A DNA stretch of 63,842 bases, filler included, from Nanobdellota archaeon (GTDB lineage Archaea > Nanobdellota > Nanobdellia > B33-G15): NCBI GenBank assembly GCA_003660925.1. It is 3 parts of 3 records of this genome, joined end to end, with 100 filler letters (N's around TTAATTAATTAA, not from the genome) between each part and the next. Parts side by side here need not be neighbours in the genome. Positions count along the whole stretch, not along the records: positions 49,689 to 63,842 come from QMVD01000012.1; 2 more parts are not named here. The stretch is one strand, 5' to 3'. The notes below the pieces were generated by a model. It made no database searches. It was not told where the DNA came from and worked only from the letters and a program-made list of their open reading frames with translations. Position 1 is the first letter of the stretch. Each line of letters starts with the position of its first letter. Positions 58,601 to 63,842 of this stretch are shown piece by piece. The translations under genes and the position numbers were made by a program.

Positions 58601-61600
58601 CAACTCCTCAGGAATGCCTCAGCAGAAGAACACGACCGTGATACTCGAAGTGGTTCCCTTAATAGTCAACATAACCTCTCCCACGGAGAACAACCCGCTG
58701 GTTAACGTCTCCTCTGGAGATCTCATATACTTCTACGTAAAGGTCCAGTACGGGACGAACGACATAACGGATGCAGCGGATATCAATTTCCACGTCAGAA
58801 TAGGGAACAGGTGGCTCAGTGAGGATGAGTACTTGGGAGCCAGTTACTCCTCGGGGAGGTGGAGGCTGGTCATCTCGGCCCCCACTATGAAGGAAAACAA
58901 AGGATATGACATAGAGGTGAAAGTGGACTACTTGCCAGACAATGTGACGAAGTCCGATGTGGAGGGGAAGGCAGTTCTTTACAAAGATACAGTTCCTCCT
59001 GTCGTAAAGGCCCTTGCGATACCCGACAAACTCACCTCTGGCCAAAGCGTCTTAATCCAAGCCAACATAACTGAAGAGGGGGCGGTGAAAGAGGCCAGGG
59101 TGAGCATAACGAGGCCAGACGGCTCCGAGCTATCCAACCTCCTCATGAATTACGTCGGGAGGGAAGGGGACGTTTACTACTACGAATATTATTTGGACGG
59201 AAGCTGGGTAAACCAAAATGGCTCCTACGTGGCGGAGATCATAGCAGAGGACTACGCTGGGATGGAAGGGGTGGGTTATGCGTACTTTGACGCCATAGAG
59301 TCAACGGTGTGGTTCGGAGGGTTCTTGGTGGACATAGAGCACAATAACCAACCAATTCCAGGTTGGGTTGACCTTTACAGGAACAAGACCAACAGCGTGA
59401 TGTATCATCTCACGACGAATGAATCCACGGGAGAATTCGGGGATTACGTGGCGGTGAGAGCCTATGACATCGATGTGAAACTCGAGGGTTACAGAGCCAT
59501 GATACTTAGGGACACCATGATAGATCAGGGATACGCGGACCCATTCATAGTCGGCTTGATAGACAAGGAATCCGTTGGTTCTGGTGCCGGAGTCGTCACA
59601 GCTTTCGCCTTCAACACCTCTCAACTCGTGTACCCGAACGCCACCATATGGTTCAACTACTCCAACCTCTCCTTAGGTGATGTCTCCCCCATCTACCTTG
59701 GCATCTACGAGTGTAGGAGATGGCTATTCGGCAACAATACGTGTAAAGAAAACGACTGGAGGAGATTAAACAGTCACATAGACTTCGCCCAAGAGATAGT
59801 GTGGGCAGACAGAGAGTTCGTGGGAGGGGCATATGCCTTAGCCCAATACGTGTGTGGTAACCAACAGTGTGAGTTGGAGTTCGCGGAGTCCGCAGCAAAT
59901 TGTCCAACGGATTGTCCCTTAGTGGGGGGAGGAGGGGCGGGTGGAGCAGGAGAGGAAGCCGCACCTGCTGAAGAGGAAGAAGAGGTAACAGTGGCACCAG
60001 CACCGGCGCCCGCGCCACCACCAGCAGGATATGTACTAGGAGGCGGAGGGGGAGGAATAACTGCTGAGACAGTCAGGCCGGCGAGCGCCTTGATATCCAA
60101 AAACTCCATAGAGTTAGAGTTAGAGATAGGTGAATATAAGATAGTGTCCCTGGACATAACCAACAACAAAGACACAGCCATGAGGGTGAACGCCTACGTA
60201 GAGGGAGACATCTGGCAGTTCATCCAGATAGCCAATCCAACCTTCTCCATCCCACCGAAGTCAGGGGCTGCCTTGAAGATGAAGTATTACACCCTACCCA
60301 CCAGCAACATAGGGATATACACGGGAGACATCGTGTTGAGGTTGGATAATGAGGAGAGAAGGGTAGCCACCACTTTGAAGGTGGTTCCCGTTAAGGAGGC
60401 CCTATTGGACGTCAAGGTGACCGTCCTGACACCCGAGGTGAGGCCAGGAGGCAAGCTCAAGTTCACCACCCAGTTGTTCAACTTGGGAAACACGAAGAGG
60501 GTTGATGTCTGGCTGAATTACACCATAAGGGAGGTAGAGACGGGGAGGATCATAAAGAGCAGCGAGGAGACTAGGGCGATAACGACCACTTTAGAGATCT
60601 CAAAAGAGGAGGAGATCCCTGAGGATGTGGAGGCGGGATTGTACGTCATTGAGGCGGTCGCCCACTACAGCGGCAAGATAGCGAGTAGCCTTGACACGTT
60701 CAAGGTGGTGATAACCTCACCGATCTTGGCCTTCCTCTACACAGCCTTCACTTCTATATGGGTCTACATAGGGATCATAGTCATCATCCTGCTGGGAAGG
60801 AACTTCTACAGGGCGTGGAAGGAGAGGAGAGAGAAAGCAGCGAGGTACGTGTTCCCTATTGACTTGGATAAGGTGCCGAAGGCTGGACCTGATACCATAT
60901 GGTTGGGAAAGATAGCTGAGAGAGATGCTAAAGCGTACTTAGAGATAAATCAGCTCATGATGCACGGCATCGCGGCAGGGGCCACCGGAGCTGGGAAGAC
61001 AGTTTCGGTCATGGTGATCGCCGAGGAGCTCCTGAAAAAAGGCATCCCAGTGATAGTCTTCGACCCAACCCTCCAGTGGACAGGATTCATAAAGCCGTGC
61101 AAGGACGAGCACATGTTGAAGAGATATCCTATGTTCGGCATGAGGAGAGAACAGGCTACTGGATTCAAGGTCAACATCATAGATGCGAGCAGCGAGGAGT
61201 TCGAGTTCGACATAAGGAAGCACTGGGACAAGCCTGAGATGACCATATTCGCCATTAACAGGTTGCCTCCAGAGAAGCTGGACGACTTCGTGAGGAAGAC
61301 CATAGATTCCATCTTCAAGCTCTCCCTCCCAGAGTCGAAGAAGTTAAAAGTCTTGATAGTGTACGACGAGGTCCACAGGTTGTTACCGAAGTATGGAGGT
61401 AAGGGAGGATATGTGGCATTGGAGAGGGGAGCGAGGGAGTTCAGGAAGTGGGGAATAGGGCTGTTCATGCTCTCTCAGGTCCTCATGGACTTCAGGGGGG
61501 CCATAAGGGCCAACATAGGGACGGAGATACAGCTGAGGACCAAGTACGAGGGAGACATAAACAGGGTGAAGCAGAAGTACGGCTCCCACTACGCTTCCCT

Positions 61601-61922
61601 GATACCCAAGTTGGAGACCGGAACCGGACTGTTCCAGAACCCAGAATATAACAACGGTAAGCCTTACTTCATCCAGTTCAGGCCACTCCTCCACGACACT
61701 TCGAGGTTGACCGACGAGGAGATAAACACCTATTACAGCATAAAGAAGAGGATAGAGGAAATAGAGGAGAGGGTAAAGAAATTAAAGGAAAAGGGAGTAG
61801 ATACTTATGACATTGAGGTCGAGCTCAACCTCGCGAAGGACAGGCTCAAGGAAGGGTCGTTCAACATGGCGACCGCTTACCTCGACTCGGTTGACACTCG
61901 CCTCAAAAAGCTAGGAGCGTGA
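49689..61922 (+). CDS. Giant surface glycoprotein fused to a cytoplasmic HerA/FtsK/VirB4-class (DUF87-like) ATPase; 5'-partial, at least 4077 aa
   Basis: Frame open from 49689 (TLTIWGTITNYLEEP); beta-sandwich repeats; TM about 60725-60795; Walker A GATGAGKT (60978-61001), VFDP, Walker B IVYDEVH, REFRKWG, LSQ, IRAN. Confidence 0.92.
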   Translation, partial: TLTIWGTITNYLEEPINNVTLKGYNITIRSNLTSDCPSEVLSSATVNYTMIHVDTGAPFYCAPINDEGNGYYNCTFNTSDMPAKWYDLRINSSKEYYINESTLFTNSFFIETEPELSNVKVDPESMSAGYSYPWQFNVTVYDEDNDTVTVYFWLKKEGDTWTSPADSKTVKGANNETVSFTYTFSCSDIGNWNFKFTAEDDPNSPLLGGNKYNDSTIVYNITVERNPIEIILIEGNNSHVNRIGSESQDYKVQIRDAATQELVSGVTAYLYMTKNHTDFEQIDFKITDTGGYANFTVDPDCTYEVGKQLWRVVASEGTCTYGGNSSDYTTFIHSNLISELEQPREQSFLRGADDVFLRGNVTDLECGYVTDATVKFTAWDGSTMECTNVKNESNGYYNCTILAADTDTMDYGWYNVTMNASRAYYNNYLYTYNHSFFLASRPLLTSPSVSPTTEGWGKEFNFSVEVTDLDGNFVNVSFWYSRKPDGPWIYGGSNNCTGCSYTKLIFPKGDFTCDDIGDWYYFFNATDEFGYTANTSVQSLTIQKDDVEVLYVDYYPLTVDRDGPYNLTTITKVRDLDRSQRYGYDVYVEENVSGKLWVTTDGSTWDSGTNIITNASGYFVALFDPVCGYDVGQQYWKSGVFNDTCYKDANISISYPFNIRGQLKINLTYPEFNQTIPVGQLVNFSFDVFTDCPQDGFISGATTSLDLTAPDGTSESHDGVDIGNGTYYYEWNTSKKQGGYWNITVNASYTSDWNSNSTLYVNWIYLKNTPPNITYMNFTPTEAGWGDVFTYEVGVNDLQNDNVTCTLFVSKDNSTWVPKGNDTVINGVGTCQVNVTDFTCDWIGATYFMWQIDDGTLENLFNTTGEYGPNLTADVITIFHISGDGLPVNRSGTSYTTLKVRIYDNSSDSYVPADVNASFWVTTNQSNWGPGNFTQTDDDGYLTYYFDPGCTPLYEKGLQWWKVNVSDACYQNINSDNFTLYIIADLVNSITQPNGEDYLRGSSIPLRGHVTDDCDQAVEDADVHFNVTNENGQEFSCSPTVNYGLGDYGCDWDSTGKPARWYNITMFSNGTNMNPSLVIGEDKFFIETKPELFNHSVSPEEGGWGELFNFTVILDDEDLDNVTVRVWIREQGSSSWTKANETYVVAPVNETISLTYRGFDGSDIGVWEFYFEAIDNRSYTNTTSVKQFNVTKDEVVFEMISGDGSEVWRDIPSNYTTLKVRVYDVDKEEYLPSSQNIYFWVTKDGSTWDSGTLKVTDSDGYAAFNFTPTCDYEVMQQKWKAGTLGNPYYEDTNSTNYTLHIWSHFRPYILEPDNISILSGNDLFIRANLTDNCGGVENPDSITIAVEKGTYTSYCTPINEEGGGFYNCTWSTSGRSLRWWNITLSASKSHYVDNSTLKENAFFIATKPELSNPSVDPTLGGWGENFHFVVYLTDRDYTPVNVSLWKRKYGETEWTYLDSQISSGVSIEVPFDLSFLCSDIGVNEYKFNATDSCETSDGCGYTNESIILNFTIEKDNVTLTKTYGDGATVTRGTSQKFEVRIYDADIGDYVGGDVNCSFWITEDGTNYSVVLNTTSNTDGYCAVFYTPDCNTSVGPQKWVGGVFNDECYDSENSTEGSWTALGSLKVTILSPANETSVGKWQTLWFNSTVNDSLCDYYVNDGSVTWYNESDDVLATGYNTTWTVPGDYKTGPTYIRAYASRQYYNPGTSEEITLYIYSWSYVGEMEPPNGSTYLAGDIVPVSCMVRDASSGQGIYNYEVKFYKDGVWQFTDYTDETGKASWAWDTSDESAGYYNISCNITDDDAKYYFASENNTNFTIVRIKRPLILTDIIVEPSTIYRNDSFAPYQANITVHVNDANVGDAENATVWFYNQSGYLFDNCTTNATGWCTGIYNPQDDILPGVYTIYINATKSGQDPSSTNTTQVTVKGKIFITITSPEENSTWSKEDTIPLTAQVKDENNQQVSATVEWFDQFNQKIAEGVSTTWNPKDAIPGYQNISAKATRTYYDTGEDVIWITINSIADVYMYEPIDGNVYPYPDNITIRCKVEDSYSFEGIANYTVDIWYNRTPTEIYHIVTLNTSADGFVQYNWTPDDKGNTTFMCNITDDPAKYYEAGKKEDSVMVWVKDTRPPWFEDPLITPNQSIEANKDQVKINVTVWDNYGIQEVKAIIGLPNGSFENLTMGYLGTWPNKTGAYQVFYAPYMDGEHNVTIWAMDRAPENNTNTTFAGYFYVWGKTYGKVTQLSYIEVPNITQEDSFSFDLVINFTNIGFITAYNTVLNVTESTGYVVFNTTTRNCGDVGVNESCVWPVRVTVLEGTPHMLIEVYGYAKWDNADGTTGITYNITRINVASNPEIRIRTPLDLTIWHGNSTTQAIIVESYGNDYVKDINLLVEGGNLSVGCPGCTVDFDPEVWGVLDAGKNFTSLVTINIPYGQAPGFYWTYTAANTSNAGVNYQWLNITIPVDMNWTISPTDFGTVLLPVNTSGRLGQLNLTNVGNVKMWYHVYRSENGSQFVSEIKPDYLSAEPTASRLINLSYIAPIDATRGMYLLEIRVEENSTFATKTAYMWLNVSNPPPTIQNFTLSSHFIENGYENLTISANVTDNLAVSLVWTNITDPDNYTIQTFLNGTNDIYTQTFSPNKTGNYTILLCANDTENVVGCVSDIFEVVDVTNITIISYSDTVITGVTAYESRNATVLFTINNTGHARGFYVNVTFGLPENWTATPDVFYYGTVLRGTSISNTTVITVPAGTSDGNYTVNLTVTWTNINGSVWNDTTTIIFEIKPYPILEIYEDVINVFANGLTVNQTFHINSTGSEPLNNITFTCLTGDVCNFSPAFYPSLIPQLNVTESMEVNLSVSPTPHHPIGTVTGYIEARSAEDAYDVALVNVTVAPNWEHNTSWMYKKVAQGNSGTVGWVTVNNTGAPDLVLLVNTSEYLSSDVSSLFIPYNGTGQVEVLYHAPETTVRANHTQYLFTFNSSGMPQQKNTTVILEVVPLIVNITSPTENNPLVNVSSGDLIYFYVKVQYGTNDITDAADINFHVRIGNRWLSEDEYLGASYSSGRWRLVISAPTMKENKGYDIEVKVDYLPDNVTKSDVEGKAVLYKDTVPPVVKALAIPDKLTSGQSVLIQANITEEGAVKEARVSITRPDGSELSNLLMNYVGREGDVYYYEYYLDGSWVNQNGSYVAEIIAEDYAGMEGVGYAYFDAIESTVWFGGFLVDIEHNNQPIPGWVDLYRNKTNSVMYHLTTNESTGEFGDYVAVRAYDIDVKLEGYRAMILRDTMIDQGYADPFIVGLIDKESVGSGAGVVTAFAFNTSQLVYPNATIWFNYSNLSLGDVSPIYLGIYECRRWLFGNNTCKENDWRRLNSHIDFAQEIVWADREFVGGAYALAQYVCGNQQCELEFAESAANCPTDCPLVGGGGAGGAGEEAAPAEEEEEVTVAPAPAPAPPPAGYVLGGGGGGITAETVRPASALISKNSIELELEIGEYKIVSLDITNNKDTAMRVNAYVEGDIWQFIQIANPTFSIPPKSGAALKMKYYTLPTSNIGIYTGDIVLRLDNEERRVATTLKVVPVKEALLDVKVTVLTPEVRPGGKLKFTTQLFNLGNTKRVDVWLNYTIREVETGRIIKSSEETRAITTTLEISKEEEIPEDVEAGLYVIEAVAHYSGKIASSLDTFKVVITSPILAFLYTAFTSIWVYIGIIVIILLGRNFYRAWKERREKAARYVFPIDLDKVPKAGPDTIWLGKIAERDAKAYLEINQLMMHGIAAGATGAGKTVSVMVIAEELLKKGIPVIVFDPTLQWTGFIKPCKDEHMLKRYPMFGMRREQATGFKVNIIDASSEEFEFDIRKHWDKPEMTIFAINRLPPEKLDDFVRKTIDSIFKLSLPESKKLKVLIVYDEVHRLLPKYGGKGGYVALERGAREFRKWGIGLFMLSQVLMDFRGAIRANIGTEIQLRTKYEGDINRVKQKYGSHYASLIPKLETGTGLFQNPEYNNGKPYFIQFRPLLHDTSRLTDEEINTYYSIKKRIEEIEERVKKLKEKGVDTYDIEVELNLAKDRLKEGSFNMATAYLDSVDTRLKKLGA
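50010..54560 (+). repeat. Five diverged protein-level repeat units of about 320-330 aa
   Basis: Units begin near 50010, 50994, 51978, 52938, 53892; FF..T.P.L..P.V.P..GWG..F.F / VR.YD.D / FWVT.DG..W / GYYNCTW.T motifs recur. Confidence 0.85.
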
Positions 61923-61926
61923 TGAA

Positions 61927-62640
61927 ATGAACCTCAAATCCCTGGCGGAAAAGGCGAAGGGTTTGTTCAAAAAGAAGGAAGAGGAAGGGGTTGAAGTGAA
62001 AAAGAAACCGGAAGAGCTCCTCACTGAAATCAAGAAATACGAGGAGAAAATAGCTAAGAGGGAGGAAAAGACGCCTCCCGCGATGGGTGAGTTGAGGGAG
62101 GAAGTGGAGACCGGGACCATCTCGGAAAAAAGTTATGAGGAGGTCTTGAAGGCGTTGGGGTTGAAAAAAGAACCTGTGTCTCCTGAACACAAAGAGGAGA
62201 AACCCGAGGTTAAGCCAGAAGCAAAACCGGAAGTAAAGCCGGGAGTCAAACCTGAGGAAAAGCCCGAGGTGAAGGAAGAGAAGCCCGAGGAGGCCAAACC
62301 AGAGGTTGAAAAGAAGCCCGAGGAGAAGCCAGAAGAGCCAAAGCCCGAAGCGAAGCCAGAAGTCAAAGAAGAAGAACTACCCGAACCGGAGAAGGGAGTG
62401 GAGATAAAGCCAAAAGTAGAGAAGTTGGAAGAGCCAAAAAAAGAGGAAAGAATCAGGGAGGAAGAGAAAGAGGAGGAGCCAAAGGACAAGCTGGACGTGG
62501 TGATCTCCCTCTTGACCGAGATAAGGGACCTCCTCAAGACCAAACGAACCAAGAAGGCTAAGAAAACGAAGAAGAAGGTCAAGAAGAAAGCTAAGAAAAA
62601 GCAGAAGAAAAAGGCGAAGAAGAAAGGGCGCGGAAAATAA
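61927..62640 (+). CDS. Highly charged protein with KPE(V/A/E) repeats and a Lys-rich tail
   Basis: GTISEKSYEE; KPEVKPEAKPEVKPGVKPEEKPEV; LLTEIRDLL; KKAKKTKKKVKKKAKK. Confidence 0.8.
   Translation: MNLKSLAEKAKGLFKKKEEEGVEVKKKPEELLTEIKKYEEKIAKREEKTPPAMGELREEVETGTISEKSYEEVLKALGLKKEPVSPEHKEEKPEVKPEAKPEVKPGVKPEEKPEVKEEKPEEAKPEVEKKPEEKPEEPKPEAKPEVKEEELPEPEKGVEIKPKVEKLEEPKKEERIREEEKEEEPKDKLDVVISLLTEIRDLLKTKRTKKAKKTKKKVKKKAKKKQKKKAKKKGRGK
62200..62367 (+). repeat. KPEx tetrapeptide low-complexity repeat
   Basis: About ten KP-E/G-x units with synonymous codon variation. Confidence 0.75.
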
Positions 62641-62643
62641 CCC

Positions 62644-63842
62644 ATGGGAGATACGTATGAAGAAGTGTTAGAAGTACTTTCAGAGATAGAGAAGATGAGC
62701 GAGGAGGGAAAAACTGTGTCTGAGGAACACAAAGAGGTGAAGGAAGAGAAGGCGGAAGAGAAAGCTCCTGAAAAGCCAGAGGTTAAAGAACCTGAAAAGA
62801 AGGAAGAGGAGCCGAAGGAGGAAAAGCCAGTAGAGAAGAAGGAAGAGGGGAAATCGAAGGAGGAGGCAAAAAAAGAAAAGAAAGAGGAGAAGCGGAAGGA
62901 AGAAAAGAAGGAAAAACCAGAGGGAAAGCCGGAAACGAAGAAGCCCGAAGAGATGGAACCACTGGAACTTCTTAATGCTAAGATAGAGGCACTTGAGAGA
63001 GAGGTTAAGATGCTCAGGGAGTCGGTTAAAGAGTTTCGTGAAAAGACCGATGTCTACGCGGAGCGAATAGGAGAGATAAGGGGACTAGTGATGGAGAGGG
63101 AGACCACCATAAGGGAAGCCTTGATATCCTTGAAGAAGATGGGGGAGATCATTTCTGAGTTAGATCCGATGAAGCTCATCAAGGAAAAGAGGACATTGAA
63201 GACTGAGCTCACCATCTTACAGTCCAAGGTGGAAGAGTACGAAAGGGTGGTAAGAGACCTGTCCAAGAAATTCTCAATGATGAAGGAGTCCTTCGAGGCC
63301 CTTTCCGACATACACACCATTTTAGAATTGGGGAAAGATGTGGGAAAAAAATTAGCCGCCATAGAGGAGGTTAAGAGGGAAATAGAGCGCATTTATCACA
63401 AGATCGAGAACATGTATATGGAGATAAATAAGAGGGTGGAGGAGTTCCCATTACTAGTTTCCAAAGTCGAGAAGTTGGACAAGCTTTCCTTAGAGATCAT
63501 AAAGGTGTTGGATGAATACAAGGTCAAGATGGAGAACTTCCTGACTAGGGATGACCTAACGCCCATAGAAGGGGAAATAAGCAACCTGAAGAAAGAGCTG
63601 AAGAAGCTCGAGGAAATGGCCGTCAAAAGGCCCATCACCAGGGGGGAGAGAAAGGAGTTGAAGAATTATTTGAAGATGCTCCAAGACATCATAAGCAGCA
63701 TAGAGGCCACCAATTCCATAATCGAGGAGCAATACAGGGAAGCCCTGATCTCGGAGAAGGCTTACAACGAGCTCATCGGAAAGAACAAGGAAAAGGAGAG
63801 CGCTCTGAAGAAGTTAGTGGAGGACGTGAGGGAAATCTTGGA
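62644..63842 (+). CDS. Long coiled-coil protein, 3'-partial (not in ORF track)
   Basis: ATG 62644 with no stop to the window end; E/K/P-rich N-terminus, then heptads (ERIGEIRGLVMERE...EEQYREALISEKAYNEL). Confidence 0.85.
   Translation, partial: MGDTYEEVLEVLSEIEKMSEEGKTVSEEHKEVKEEKAEEKAPEKPEVKEPEKKEEEPKEEKPVEKKEEGKSKEEAKKEKKEEKRKEEKKEKPEGKPETKKPEEMEPLELLNAKIEALEREVKMLRESVKEFREKTDVYAERIGEIRGLVMERETTIREALISLKKMGEIISELDPMKLIKEKRTLKTELTILQSKVEEYERVVRDLSKKFSMMKESFEALSDIHTILELGKDVGKKLAAIEEVKREIERIYHKIENMYMEINKRVEEFPLLVSKVEKLDKLSLEIIKVLDEYKVKMENFLTRDDLTPIEGEISNLKKELKKLEEMAVKRPITRGERKELKNYLKMLQDIISSIEATNSIIEEQYREALISEKAYNELIGKNKEKESALKKLVEDVREIL

Noticed and set aside
60900..61922. The ATPase as the DNA-repair HerA partner of Rad50/Mre11/NurA
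   Set aside because: No HAS barrel is recognisable, it is membrane-fused, and it lies on a different contig from rad50.
62133..62732. Antisense S/F/G-rich ORFs here and throughout the window
   Set aside because: Shadows of purine-rich E/K-coding genes on the other strand.
1..63842. CRISPR arrays, rRNA genes, transposases, integrases
   Set aside because: No spaced direct repeats, rRNA-like tracts or recombinase motifs were seen, and no duplicated tRNA 3' ends (att sites) were noticed.

Overview
Gene-dense archaeal DNA, most likely from a thermophilic DPANN-type archaeon. This is inferred from archaeal tRNAs, Trm56, a TFB-like gene, a Methanococcus/Thermococcus-type S-layer gene, TATA boxes about 27-30 nt before start codons, AGG/ATA-rich codons and E/K-rich proteins. 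Two 100-nt N44-TTAATTAATTAA-N44 spacers (24857-24956, 49589-49688) are artificial, so this is three segments whose adjacency is not established. Segment 1 (1-24856) is an envelope region: three paralogous membrane proteins, two coiled-coil genes, a type IV pilus/Tad-like ATPase and TadC/ArlJ-like platform, 12 pilin or pilin-like genes (four small ones missing from the ORF track), AmrS, the S-layer gene, a membrane thioredoxin, two glycosyltransferases, truD, trm56 and rad50. Segment 2 (24957-49588) is mixed housekeeping: valS, coaB, nfo, speD, an FDH-alpha-like molybdoenzyme, three radical SAM enzymes, a GH113-like hydrolase, five tRNAs (Tyr has an intron) and a candidate C/D sRNA. Segment 3 (49689-63842) holds the most striking element: a 5'-truncated surface protein of at least 4077 aa. 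It has repeated Cys-paired beta-sandwich modules, one TM helix and a cytoplasmic HerA/FtsK/VirB4-class ATPase, and is followed by two highly charged genes (one a long coiled coil). It is a candidate cell-contact/translocation machine. All product calls come from motif recognition by eye; no searches were run.
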